64,000 nt of DNA, taken from Octopus sinensis. Lineage: Eukaryota. Shown one piece after another: positions 1 through 11,800 of this stretch (its first letter is position 1; each line of letters opens with the position of its first letter). The position numbers and the translations under genes were made by a program. The DNA is taken from positions 128,960,001 through 129,024,000 of the forward strand of contig NC_042998.1 in NCBI RefSeq assembly GCF_006345805.1. Direction: 5' to 3'. The notes below the pieces were generated by a model. That model did not search any database and was not told where the DNA came from. It worked only from the letters and a program-made list of their open reading frames with translations.

Positions 1-325
1 GTTCGGTTTCCTTGTATATCCCCACTGTCCTGTTTTTGTTCCCAACTGTGACCCTCCATAAAACCCAAATTTTATTTTGTCACTTATGGGGGCAACTGTC
101 TACAAAGACACATATTGTCGTTCAATGCTCGAAATGAGGAGTTGATAGATAGCCTACAACTAATGAAGGGTCGTTCTTTATGTTACATGTCCTGTTTTCC
201 TTATGTTTCTCTCGTTGTTTGTGTATTGAACTCATTTGTTTTCATATTTCATGTTATTTACTGTTGGTGACGTCCTGTACCCATATATATATATATATAT
301 ATATAATATATATATATTATATATA

Positions 326-1011
326 CTAGCAGCTAAGCACGGTCGGTTTGGATGATGTAGCTGTAAAACCTGCCCTGGGTAAGCATTCGACTTGTTTGGA
401 CACACATTAAAAAACTATTTTAGAATGACTTTTTTCTGCCAAAATGCAAAAAAAACTGATCAGTAAAAAAAGAGAAACAACCAAGATTCAACCAAATCAA
501 AAAATAAACCCAAATACTAAGCGAACAAAGATGAACCATCCCACATCCATTGCGTGAGCACACGCACGCACACACACACACACATTCACATACCCCACAG
601 ATATATTCACACAGAGTTGAAACGCTGTTTGATTTATTTTTTAGCGTACAATTTTCATCACTACCAAGTACAACATCATCCCTTCCTTCCTTATTCATCC
701 ATCACCTTTCCTTTCTCATTCAAAAAACAAGAGTATTATTGTAGTAGATTATCTCGGTAACCATGGGAGCTATGAAAAAATATGACATCACGCCTTCTTT
801 CCTTATTCATCTATCACCACTTCCTTTCTCATTCATAAACACAAGAGTATTATTATAGTAGATTACCTCGGTAACTATGAGAGCTATGAAAAAATACAAA
901 ACCCAGCACCACCACCGGATCATTCTACACATGTGTAATTTTTCGCGCAATTCCACCCAGCCGTTTGGCCGTGAATCCCAAGACAATAACGAATCGCCCA
1001 TGTCAAATCTT

Positions 1012-1015
<4 letters not shown>
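326..1015 (-). mobile_element. Putative non-autonomous Helitron with an internal ~112-bp tandem duplication
   Basis: The minus strand ends in ...GCTGCTAG|T at 326. The other end runs from (TA)n into ACGGCTGGGTGGAATTGCGCGAAAA, which resembles Helitron 5' ends. Duplicated units lie at ~674-783 and ~786-897. The 3' hairpin is imperfect. Confidence 0.5.
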
Positions 1016-1091
<76 letters not shown>

Positions 1092-1192
1092 TGGAGTAAA
1101 CACATAAATGTGAAACAAGGTGCAAAAAAGAGTACTCAAATACCAGGGGTAGAGTAATATGCTTTTAAATAAAGTATATATATATATATATA

Positions 1193-1715
1193 TCTATATA
1201 TATATATATATAAAACTGTAGTTGTGTGAGTGTCTGTCTCCTACGATTTAGATTCCTAACTCCTCCCACATTTTGCGGTGCAGTTTAACCAAATTCAGGT
1301 ATCTTATAGTCGTGATTAATATCGAGCCCGTCTGGCTATTAGCGCGCGTCTACGATGAGTCTACGATTTTAAAAATAATTTAACATCATTTTTTATTCCA
1401 TTTTAATGCTAATTTTTCGTGTGTCGATGGCGGCGGAGTTGGCGTCCACGCTCAAACACTGCACCTGTGTTTGCTTCTCCCCCTTCTTCTCTCCCTCGTG
1501 AAGCTGTGGGGAAGGGAGTTTAAGGAAATCAACGTCGTAATGCGTTGTCAAGGAGACCAGCGTTCTTTTAGAACAACGACTTCATGGCTTGAAGATACCA
1601 AAACAGAAATGGCTAAGAAAGCCCGAATTGGCATCTATAAAGGAAGTAACTCTCTAAAAATGCTTATATAGTTATTTCCCTTACAAATCTGAGCAACGCC
1701 GGGCGATACTGCTAG
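1193..1715 (+). mobile_element. Non-autonomous Helitron
   Basis: Starts A|TC at 1193 inside (TA)n. Ends with the GC-rich hairpin CTGAGCAACGCCGGG followed by CGATACTGCTAG|T. No TSD. Confidence 0.85.
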
Positions 1716-1804
1716 TATACATATAAATATATATGCACATATATAGGCATATATATACATGTGTATATATACATATATTCACACACCCACAAGCACGCAT
1801 ATAT

Positions 1805-1975
1805 ATGACAGGCCTCCACACAGTTTCTGTCTACCAAATTCATTCTCAGGGTATTGGTCAGCCCGGGGTTATAATAAAAGGCACTTCTTGCCTAAGGTGC
1901 CGCACAGTAGGACTGAAATCCCAAACCACATGGAGACAAATGGTGCTTCTAAGCCACACAGCCATGCTTAGGACT
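1805..1975 (-). mobile_element. tRNA-derived SINE with CORE-like segment (family B)
   Basis: Minus strand reads GGCTGTGTGGCTTAG...CACCTTAGGCAAG...GGTAGACAGAAACTG, homologous to 60050-60235. Confidence 0.75.
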
Positions 1976-2127
1976 ATATACACACATATACCACATATAC
2001 ATGCATTGAAAACATTTACATACAGTTATATTCTAAATATTGACATTTTAATAATTCTATCCATGCAGTGACATAAAGAAAAGGAGAAAATATTATTTAC
2101 CAATTTAATATGCAAATGGAAAATAAA

Positions 2128-3720
2128 AGACCACCACCACCACCACCACCACCACCACCACCACCACCACCTTTGCCGCCTCCGTCTCCACCATCACCAT
2201 CACCACAAAGACTAGCAATACTTTCCATGTTCTTCATCAGCGATCTCACCGACGCTATCACCACCACCACCAGCACCAGCACCAGCACCAGCACCACCAC
2301 CAGCAGCACCACCACCACCACCGATAATATTCCACCAATATCACCACCACCGCCACAACCACCTACACAAATAGTGTTTCAGTTATCCAAAACAACTTGC
2401 AAGATTTCTTTTGCATATCATTAACTTTTCAAGTGTTGTTCTTGTTGGTGTTGTTGCTATAATTTTTATGGTTATTATTGTTGTGCTTTATCATCGTTGT
2501 CGTCGTCGTTCTTATATTGATCATGATGATGATGATGGCGATGACTATGATATTCATCAGCCTTATCATCCGGTCCTTCTTCTTCTTCTTCATCATCATC
2601 ATCATCATCTTCTTCTTCTTCTTCTTCTTCTTCTTCTTCTTCTTCTTCTTCTTCTTCTTCTCATCTTCTCCGGCCCCGTCACTTTTGTATCTTTTGTGTC
2701 TTCTGTCACCTGACTCACCCACGTTCGTCTTCTGTCCATCATTGCCTTCTCTTTTCTTGCCTTTAGCTTTTTTTTCAATTTTATTATTTTTTAATATTTT
2801 GTCTGCATGTTGTCAATATAGTCGACGACATTAAGCGGCATCACCAATCACTGCTTGTCTCTGTCTATAGATTCCTCATTCATGTTCAATTGGCCGGATT
2901 CAATGGCCGCCATAACATCGTACGTAAACAAAACACTTCATTCACTCACCTCACTTTACCTCGTCTCACTTCACCTCACCTCGCTTCCTACGCCACTTTA
3001 ATTCTTCTTCTTCTTTGGCAACTCTCATTACTGTCTTTATTTGTATATCCCATCATCATCATCATCATCATCATCGTTGTCGTCATCGCCGTCGTCGTCG
3101 TCATCATCATCACCACGCCCGCCACCACCAAAACATCCACCAACGCCGTATATGTCACTTATTCGCACACTGTTAAACAAACACTGTAATTATCTTCGTT
3201 TCCACCCACCGCTCGCTATTATCACCACCGCCGTGACAATCACCACCGTGACATTCACGACGAGGACGACGACGATGACGACGATGACGACGAAACAACG
3301 ACCACGACTACCGCCACCACCGCCGCCATCACCACCACCGCAACAAAACGCCATCACCACCACTGCCACCACCATCGCCACCACCACCACCACCACCACC
3401 ACTCCCACCACCACCGCCGCCGCCGCCGCCATCATCATTATTTACTAATACAACTACTACTGCTGCTGCTACCGCTGCTGTTGCACCGTAGCACAGTTAC
3501 TAAGTCATGCATACCATAACCGCAAACAATATCAGCCACCATTATTATTCTCAAAAATATTACAACACCGCTGATACGCTACCACCGCTACTACTGCTAT
3601 CACTACTTCTGCAATTACCACAACAAACACAATTAACTACCATCGCAGTCTCCTCCACCACAACTCCATCACCATCGTCAGCAATCACCTCATCATCTTC
3701 TGCTGCTCTAGCATTATAAT
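2128..3720. repeat. Compound trinucleotide microsatellite field (CAC, CAT, CTT, GAC, GCC)
   Basis: Seen directly. It explains the poly-P/T/L/H ORFs here. Confidence 0.95.
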
Positions 3721-4830
3721 AGCTATCATTCTCGTCACTGTCACACCACTTCTACTAAAACCACTGCCATCAACCATCTTCATTCCGTGGTTTAACCAAC
3801 ATCACAGCGCTCAAATTCTCACCACCTCACCACCATGTGTAAGCCTGTATAATCCCTCATCCTGCTAGAAGTAGCAACCAAATGTTTGTCGTTTAAAATA
3901 AAATAAAACGATAGGAGGTTAGATAATAGAGTCCTAAATGCACTTTTTGAGAGGGAGGTAAAAAAACTGATTTAAAAAAATGGATGTGGACGGAGGGAAA
4001 GCGTTTGATCATAAGTCTGCTCATTCAGGGATGACGGAGGTCTAAACATCAATAACAGTAACATTATTACCTCCATCGCTATCTCAAAGTAATCTATCAC
4101 ACAACCATTAAAATAGATTGTTATGATGAAGTTGAGAAAAAGGAGAGCGCGCTGCCAGTTTACTTTATCGCTTCTTCACTTTTCCTTCTCTTTTTCATCT
4201 GACATTTTTTTCTCTTTTTATATTTTTGCTGTGAGTTATTAAAATAATTTTATTCATTAATTTTTATAAATTTGTTCAGAGAAAATAAGGTATGGACATC
4301 AGAAGCAGTAGAGTGTGGTATTTGCGGCATTTAATTACGTTCCTTGACGCGTTCCGAGTTCAAATCGCGTGGAGGTCGTCTTTCATCGTAACCATAGAAG
4401 TGAGGCGGAGGAGGAAGACAATAAAATAAAGTATCATTCATTTTCTGAAAGAAAAAACAAAAAACAAAACGCCCCAAAAGTTAGTGTATAGCTGGCAGAA
4501 ACCATATCTCTTTAGAATCACAATTTTCTGTTTGAATATGTTCCTTACCTTTTTGTGTTCAAATTCCATCGATGTTATCCTTCAAGGGTCGATACAATAA
4601 GTCTGCAAAAATATAGCTAGTCCTTCACCCAGAATGTATGAACTTGTGTATGTGTCAGAAAGTAAAACGGTTATGAGCAGCACACATTGTTGTCATTATT
4701 GTTTAGCTAAAGATTAATCCTGATCGAGTCAGCTCATGATCAAAGACATTCCACGAATAATTATTATTATCCTTCCTCTTGTTCTTTTTAATTTTGCTTA
4801 GGGAACTTAAGACACCATTATCATTTAATG

Positions 4831-5279
4831 CAGTGATTCCCAACCTGTGGTCCCCAAAGATAGTACTGGAGAGCCGTTTCATATATATGTATATATATAT
4901 ATATACTAGCAGTATCGCCCGGCGTTGCTCAGGTTTGTAAGGGAAATAACTATAAAGCATTTTTAGAGAGTTATAGCTAAAAAATAGCAAAAAAATGGGA
5001 AAAAAATGATGGTAAATTTTTTTCGAGAGTTAAAAAAGGTCGAGTTGCGTCCCCTAGACAATCTGTGGTTTGTGTTTCTGATTCTCGACCCCATGTCGAA
5101 TTTATCGATTTTTTTCAGAACTGGGGGAACTTTTCAAAATTTTCGCTGCGTTAGTTTTGAATTATGACATTGGGCTATGTGTGTGTCAAGTTTCATCAGA
5201 ATCGGTTGAAAGCCGTGGTCAGGGTGAGGGTACAACCAAACAGACACACAGAAACACACACAGACAAACTGCCGTTTAT

Positions 5280-5331
<52 letters not shown>

Positions 5332-5423
5332 GTACACATAAAGATAAACATATTAAAAGGGCCTGTGAGAAAACCCATTTAAATGAAAGGGGTCCTTGGT
5401 AGTGAAACGGTTGGGAACCACTG
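4831..5423. mobile_element. hAT-like MITE carrying a nested Helitron
   Basis: TIRs CAGTGATTCCCAACC / GGTTGGGAACCACTG. 8-bp TSD ATTTAATG (4823-4830) / ATCTAATG (5424-5431). Confidence 0.85.
4906..5280 (-). mobile_element. Non-autonomous Helitron, same family as 29876-30260
   Basis: Colinear reverse complement of 29876-30260. 3' CTAG at 4906-4909 with the hairpin. The 5' end merges into (TA)n. Confidence 0.9.
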
Positions 5424-5439
5424 ATCTAATGGTATCATT

Positions 5440-5650
5440 TTTGAAGTCGGTTAGGATGTGACTTAAAAAATTCGCTAGAAACAGCAACCAAAATCTCTCT
5501 TAAATCATGCTCTACCGTCTTTGAAAAAGGAAAGGTACATTGGACAAAAATCATATCTGTAGAAATGAGACAGTCATGCTTGGAATATCTTTGATTCGTA
5601 GATTTGCTGAACCAGGGCTGACCAGGAGCTAAAACATCAACGACAGTAAC
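5440..5650 (+). repeat. Dispersed repeat (family DE), probably the 3' end of a LINE or SINE
   Basis: Motif CTAGAAA.AGCA.CCAAA...TTTGATC...CAGGGCTGACC.G.GCTAAA(CAA)n. It recurs near 4700, 8280, 10400, 13500, 16180, 36440 and 40800. Confidence 0.6.
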
Positions 5651-6449
5651 AACATCAATATTACTTTCACTGCCATCCTATATAATCTACTAAACTGTCA
5701 TTAAAGTAGAAGGTAATGATGCAGATGAGAAAGATTTGATCACGCAGCCATTTTACTATCTCTCCTTCTTTATCTCTCTTCCCCAAACACTCTCCCTCCC
5801 TGTCCCCCCACCTCCTCCTATATTTTTGTCTTTTTGATGAACAACCAGACTGGGTTATTACGTTAGGTACTGTCCATGGCTCTGCGTACCTGAAATGGTA
5901 GTGTCTTCTAATTTCAATATTTATCCTTTTCGGGATTGATAAAATAGGTACCAGTTGAGCACTTGGGTCAATATAGTCGATTTAACCCCTCCTTCGAAAT
6001 TGCTGGCCTTGAAATTAATATTTGCTTACACTCCTTCTTTGTTCCGAGATGAAATCTCATCTTTCGTATTAACAATCTAGATAAGATAAACGCCAATAAT
6101 ATCTCGAGAGGTCCCATCAATTTAAAAAAGCAAACAAATCTTTAGTCAAATAATTACCGATTCATTATGTTCTGAGTTCAAATTCAGCCGAGGTCGACTT
6201 TGCCTTTCATCCTTTCGGGTTCGATAAAATAAAGTACCACTCAAGTGTAACTGACTTGTCTCTTCCTCCTAAAATTGCTGGACTTGTGTGCCAAAATTTT
6301 AAACGATTTTAATCGAAGAATGTAATGCACTGGTTTATATGACCAGTGACATTTAGTTAGACCCTTTAGTTTCTGATTTCAAACCCTGTCGGGATAAACT
6401 TTGATATTTCTCTCTCCGAGGCTGATGTAAACAGTTTCAGTAATATAGA

Positions 6450-6660
6450 TTTCAATTTTTGGCTCAAGGCTAGCAATTTCGGGGAACGGTAAAAGTCGAT
6501 TACATCGACTCCAGGGTTCAACTGGTACTTATTTTATCGACTCCGAAAGGATGACAGGTAAAGTCGATTTCGGCGAAATTTGAACTCAGAACGTAAAGAC
6601 GGACGAAACGACGCTAAACAATTTGACCGGCGTGCTAACGATTCTGCCAGTTCACCGCCT
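6450..6660 (-). mobile_element. tRNA-derived SINE (family A)
   Basis: Head GGCGGTGAACTGGCAGAATCGTTAGCACGCCG...TTCTGAGTTCAAAT. Central GTCGACTTT.CCT.TCATCCTTTCGG.GTCGATAAA.TAAGTACCAG resembles the Meta/beta SINE domain (from recall). Partial copies at ~5880-6020, 6165-6300 and 15350-15500. Confidence 0.85.
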
Positions 6661-7243
6661 TGCTAGTTCCAGTAATATAATATAGTCGATTCAATCGATT
6701 ATGCCTCTTTCGTCTTTTAATTAATTTTTTTTCTTTTGTCATTGATTCTTTTTTCATATCTTTCTTCACACCACGGCAGTGCTCCAGCCAGACCGCAGCT
6801 GCATAAAAGAATAAAAGAATAAAAGAATGAAATACCAGAATTTGTTTTTGTCATTTTATCTATACTTGTATAAATTTACTGTTTGTACCACAGACCTTCC
6901 ACTCGAAAGGAATATCAATGATTAGATTAGGAATATAGGATGGAATATCTTCGTGCATTTCACTGTGTATAAATGAGAAATCATTAGGTAAAAGAAAAAA
7001 AAAAAAGGATTATAACCGTGTACGTGTTTGAAACGGGATGGGGTAAGGACTTTAATATATATATATATATAAGTTCAGTAAAATTTAGATTCAGTTGAAT
7101 ATGGTACTTAAGTTAAAGGCACCAGAATTTGGTATGGTATTATCCATATAATTCAAAATGGGGTGATTAAAATCAAAATAAGCAACAAAGATATCCAGAG
7201 GTAATGCATTACCTCTGGATACCCTTCTTGCTTATTTTGATTA

Positions 7244-7315
<72 letters not shown>

Positions 7316-7379
7316 TATATATATATGACATAATTAATTTAAAAAAAAGTCCAATAAATATCATGAAATAGATTAAATG

Positions 7380-8100
7380 AAGCAGATTAAATGTTAAAAT
7401 GGATTATCCATAATCCTAGACAACTGTTTCTGACAAAAGGGCCAACATTTCCATAAAGAGAACATCAGAAAGGTCGAATTTGTATTCTTCAGTAAGTGAG
7501 ATTTAAAGGAAAATAAACAAAAAGATTTTTTAAATATACATTGAATTTTTCTTAGTAATCATTATTATATAGGTATTAGTATATACATTCTTCCACTCAC
7601 AAAAATTTGATTCAAGACTAAAAGATTAAAGGACTTGGCTGTTTAAATATATTAAGTTGTGACTTCCTCACTATGGTATCCAATAAATATCTATTAAAAA
7701 AAACTCCCTAAAAAAATACTGGTCAAGATGTATGTGTATGTGCATTCGGAAATACCAAATAAGGATGTACATGTTATTTCAAATGCATATTTAAAAACTT
7801 CTTAACCGCCATCTGCCATACCTACTATGTTTTTAAGTAAATTGCAAGTCACTAGCAAGTGAAATATTAATATATTTCATATAGTTTTTATTTAAGTATT
7901 TATGAAAAATCAAAAATCAGTAGACAATATAGGTATTATAGGTTGCATTAATTATCTAAAATTAGCTTGATATATTTAAAAGAATGGAACTTACGAAATA
8001 CATACAAACCACCGTAAAGATACATTTAAAGGGGACCACTTACATGATTGTCTTAAAATTCCAAGCATGACTGTCTCACCTTTACAGACATAATTTTTGT
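7380..8100 (+). pseudogene. Possible highly decayed Penelope-like element (thumb/endonuclease region)
   Basis: Only weak residual motifs, such as KL*LPHYG resembling KLPYIG. Many stops. Confidence 0.3.
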
Positions 8101-8324
8101 CCAATGTATCCTTCCTTTTTCAAAAACGTTAGAGCATGATTTACGAGAAACTTTTTAAATCACATTCCAACTGACTTCAAAAATGACACGTGAGATGATA
8201 ATGGTATCTTAAGTTCCCCAAACAAAATAAACAAAAACAAACGAAAAACAGGAAGGATAATAATGATTATTCGTGGAATGTCTTTGATCATGAGTTTACT
8301 CGATCAGGAATTAACGTTTAGCTA

Positions 8325-9163
8325 AACAATAATTACCGCTGGGCTAGTTAGACTTCAGCCAAAGCTAAACCCTATACTGCAGGACTTTATGATAAACGTC
8401 ATCCCCAACCTTTTCTCCAGGCTTGAAAAAATAGACAGGCATCTTTTTTCCGTCAGACGCCACAGCTTCCAGTATCATGACTTGAATTGGGGGCTTGGTC
8501 CGAAAGATGCTCTTTACTTCAGAAGGTGACTTAGCAATGTATCGATCATCGCGATGTTTTAAAACAGCTTCAACGGTTAAGATATTTTCATCTGAAAAGA
8601 TTTTGACAGTTTGTCCGTTGTGCTTCAGGTATTGCAACACATTTTTGGCCCTTTCATTCCTTTTGGTTTTCATTGCATGAGTCAGTAGGTGTCTCGGGTT
8701 CCTCACGTATGATCCGAAATGTAAATCAGTGTGTACAGCATTTCTAATGGTCTTTAAATCAACTTTCATGTTCATGGATGTTGTTGGGTGTTCCGAAATT
8801 TTGGCTTTGAGAGATTAAAGAAATGCATTATCTCGTTCTTTATTTATGTCTCCACTTCCTTACTTTCTCTTGATGCCTCTAATATCCAGCATTCGGTTCT
8901 TAACGTTGTAGACAATGCTCACAGAAGCCCCAACAATCTGAGCAATACGTCTAATTTCAATCCCGGCACGAAGCAAATCTGCAATGTGTTGTCTCTTGGC
9001 TTATTATTAAGTGGACATGTTAGATCGTATGACTGGAACTTCTGCTTCAATTAATTCTTTATACCTCCATCCTGAAATAGAAAACAATATTTCAGTATTT
9101 ATGCTCAGGAATATATGAAAAATAAGGCTTGCAAGATATTCCAAGATTTGCTTCCCTACCCTG
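8325..9163 (-). mobile_element. Tc1/mariner superfamily transposon (maT/DD37D-like), 3'-truncated transposase pseudogene
   Basis: TA|CAGGGTAGGGAAGC terminus at 9163. HTH region RQHIADLLRAGIEIRRIAQIVGASVSIVYNV. Catalytic region KIFSDE..TVEAVL...RTKPPIQVMILEAVASDGKKMP.YFFKPGEKVG. It breaks off before the second Asp. Confidence 0.85.
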
Positions 9164-9254
9164 TATATATACACATACATATATCTAATCTAGTCTAGTG
9201 TAGTTGTGGTCTAGCCTTGGGCAGGTTCTGTGCATGTGAACCTTCTCCAGTACT

Positions 9255-9530
9255 CTCTATACGAAACCTGATTTAGTCATACTCTCCCCTACCAACGTTA
9301 AGTGGATTACTGGAACTTCGGCTACCATGACAAGGCTTGGAATGAAATCCGAAGTGGTTTTCCGTTGCTTTCTCCAGGCAAGTGAGATTTGAACTCAGAA
9401 TGGGGAGGAGGCGGCAAATATACCGTGAAGCATCAACAATTCTGTTATTCTCCCGCTCGCAGAGCAACGTGAAATGAAGTGTTTTGCTCAAGAAAATAAC
9501 CCGCTGCCCGGACCGGGAATTGAATATATA
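9255..9530 (-). mobile_element. SINE family A/B composite fragment
   Basis: Homologous to the family B head and CORE-like segment and to the family A TTCTGAGTTCAAAT segment. Confidence 0.6.
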
Positions 9531-9577
9531 TAATACTAGCTGTTGATATATGCAGCCCTTATAATGAATATTAATTT

Positions 9578-9957
9578 GCACATCCTACCTAACCTGGATG
9601 TGATGTTTATAACGTTGTGGACTGCGGTGAACGTCCCGAAGAATAGTTTTGTTTAGACGACAAATGCTAAGAAGCATTGAAATTCTATATCAGTTGACTA
9701 AATGTCGTCAGCATCGACATGATTTCCTCATATTGTAGATCATCATCAGCAGGAAGCCAAATACCGAATGCCAGACAGAAAGTCAGCCAAAACTATATAG
9801 AATAATAGCGCTAAAACAGCTGGTACTAGCGAATTAGTTAACCGATATAGAATTTCGATGCTTTCTGGCATTTGTCGTCTACACGAAATGATTTTTCAGG
9901 ATGTTCACTGCAGACTACGGCATTATAAACAGCAAGTCCAGGTTAGGTTGGATGTGC
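9578..9957. mobile_element. Foldback/MITE-like element with ~125-bp imperfect TIRs
   Basis: GCACATCCTACCTAACCTGG... mirrors ...CCAGGTTAGGTTGGATGTGC. The arms are about 80% identical by eye. Confidence 0.7.
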
Positions 9958-11216
9958 TAACACACACACACGCACATACACACACAAATGCACACGCACA
10001 CATATTCATTGTTTGGTTTGTTCAACAAAACACTACTTGGTAGCCATCAGTACACATCAGCAAATAATCTAATTGCTGAGTTCTGTAAGATAAGAGCCAA
10101 TACTCGTGTTAGAACATTGATCTAAAAGTAGTTTTAGCTGAGGAGACACGCAAAAAGGTCGAAACATCGCAGTGACTCAAAGTTCCCTTACATTAATGAA
10201 TCATGTGTTATGAACATACATCATCTTAAGGTAAGAGATGTTCTCCAGTAACAAAATACAACAGCAATCGGCATATTCGCATTCGAATCTGCCAAAACGC
10301 GTCGAGACTGAATAGATATATATTTGCTTGGTTTCTCACTGTTCTGTGTGCTCCTCATTGATTATAGTCTATCATAAATTATGTCTGAAGAGGCGAGATA
10401 GTCATGCCTGGAATATATTTGATCCATAAATTTGCTGAACCAGGGCTGACCTAGAGCTAAAACTTCAACGACAATAACAACATCAATATTACTTTCACCA
10501 CCATCTTACATAATCTATTAGAGCGTCATTAAAATAGAATGTAATGACGGAGACGAGAAAGAAGTGAGCGCGTAGCCATTTTCTTATCTCCTCTTCTTCA
10601 TCTCTCTTTCTCAAACTCTTCCTCCTATTCTCCCACTTCTTCCCCCATGTTGTCCTTTCACTGAAAGATATTTAAATACTGTGAGTTGTCTGATAAATTC
10701 ATTCGCTTTTTTTTCTCCTTGCATTTCTTCGCTATAAGTCTGAAAGGAGTTAAAATCTATTCAAATTTTAAAAACGATAAACAAAAGTCGTAGAGGAAGA
10801 ATAGAGCTTTAAAAAAGCATAAATATTTTTCATGTTAATTCAATTAACATTGGAAAAGGTTAAAATGAATATGAAAAAGAGGAAAAAATAAAAGACAAGG
10901 AAAAAAAAACAAAAACGAACGCCAACTCAGCAATTCTACACATTTGACAACGTAAAAATTCGATTAATATTTTTTTTTATTGATAGAATGTAGTATGAAT
11001 GTCAGAAGCAGTAGAGCATGGTACTAGTAATATTTAGTTATGTCTCTTGTTATCATAAGTTCAAATCACTCTAAGGTCGACTTCGCATTTCCTCCTTCCG
11101 TAGTCGAATAAAATAAAAGTCAAGTTCATTCGTAATTATATTCTCTTGTATACTAGAAAATATAATTACGAATGTCAGAAACATTCGAGCATTGTAGTTG
11201 CAATATTTAATTAAAA

Positions 11217-11411
11217 CAATGGTTCTCAAACGGCGCACTGTGGATTTTTAAAATGCAATTTAAGGCTTTAGATAATCCACACTAATGCGTAAGTGTCTTG
11301 TAGAATACACAAGTACGATTAATAAAATAAGGCAAACAATTATTTTCAGTAATTTTTTAAAAAATTTAATCCCAAGTAGATTACAAAGTCAAAAAAAATT
11401 TAGAATCGCTG
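11217..11411. mobile_element. hAT-like MITE
   Basis: TIRs CAATGGTTCTCAAA / TTTAGAATCGCTG. Degenerate TSD AATTAAAA / AATTAGAT. Confidence 0.55.
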
Positions 11412-11464
11412 AATTAGATTGCGGTACTAACGTCTTCATAAGACGTCTTCATAATGCCTTGTGA

Positions 11465-11800
11465 AGGTGCATGACTTAGTGGGTAGAGTGTCGTGCTCAC
11501 AATCATGAGGTAGTGAGTTCGATTCAGGGACCGGACTATGTGTCGTGTTTTAGAGTAAGACACTTTATTTCACGTTGCTCCAGATCACTCAACTGTAGAA
11601 ATGAGTTGCAACGTCACGGGTGCCAGGCTGAACCGATCTTCACCATTTCCTTGGATAACATCAGTGGTGTGGAGGGGGGAGGCTGGTATTCTTGGGCAAC
11701 TGCTGGTCTCCCATAAACAACCTTGCCCGGACTTGTGCCTCGGAGGATAACTTTCTAGGTGCAATCCCATGGTCATTCAAGACTGAAGAGGATTTTTACC
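11465..11800 (+). mobile_element. tRNA-derived SINE with CORE-like domain (family C')
   Basis: A and B boxes (GACTTAGTGGGTAGAG; GAGTTCGATTC). Colinear with 50765-51068. Confidence 0.85.

Noticed and set aside
807-1139. ORFs rich in YI/HT/CV dipeptides here and throughout (20.7-21.5, 34-35, 42-48, 51, 54-55, 59.8-60.4 kb)
   Set aside because: They are translations of (TA)n/(CA)n microsatellites, which lack stops in some frames.
2097-3719. Poly-P/T/V/G/L/H ORFs, also at 15.7-17.2, 27.4, 29.3, 31.0, 35.4, 41.0 and 46.6-47.1 kb
   Set aside because: Trinucleotide repeat fields with overlapping ORFs on both strands and no splice or domain support.
9705-9755. CTGATGA...GAAA...GTC on the minus strand
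   Set aside because: No credible stem I or stem II.
11470-11535. tRNA-like sequence with a CAC anticodon-loop motif (also 50765-50830)
   Set aside because: No acceptor stem, and it continues into a SINE body. It is a SINE head, not a tRNA gene.
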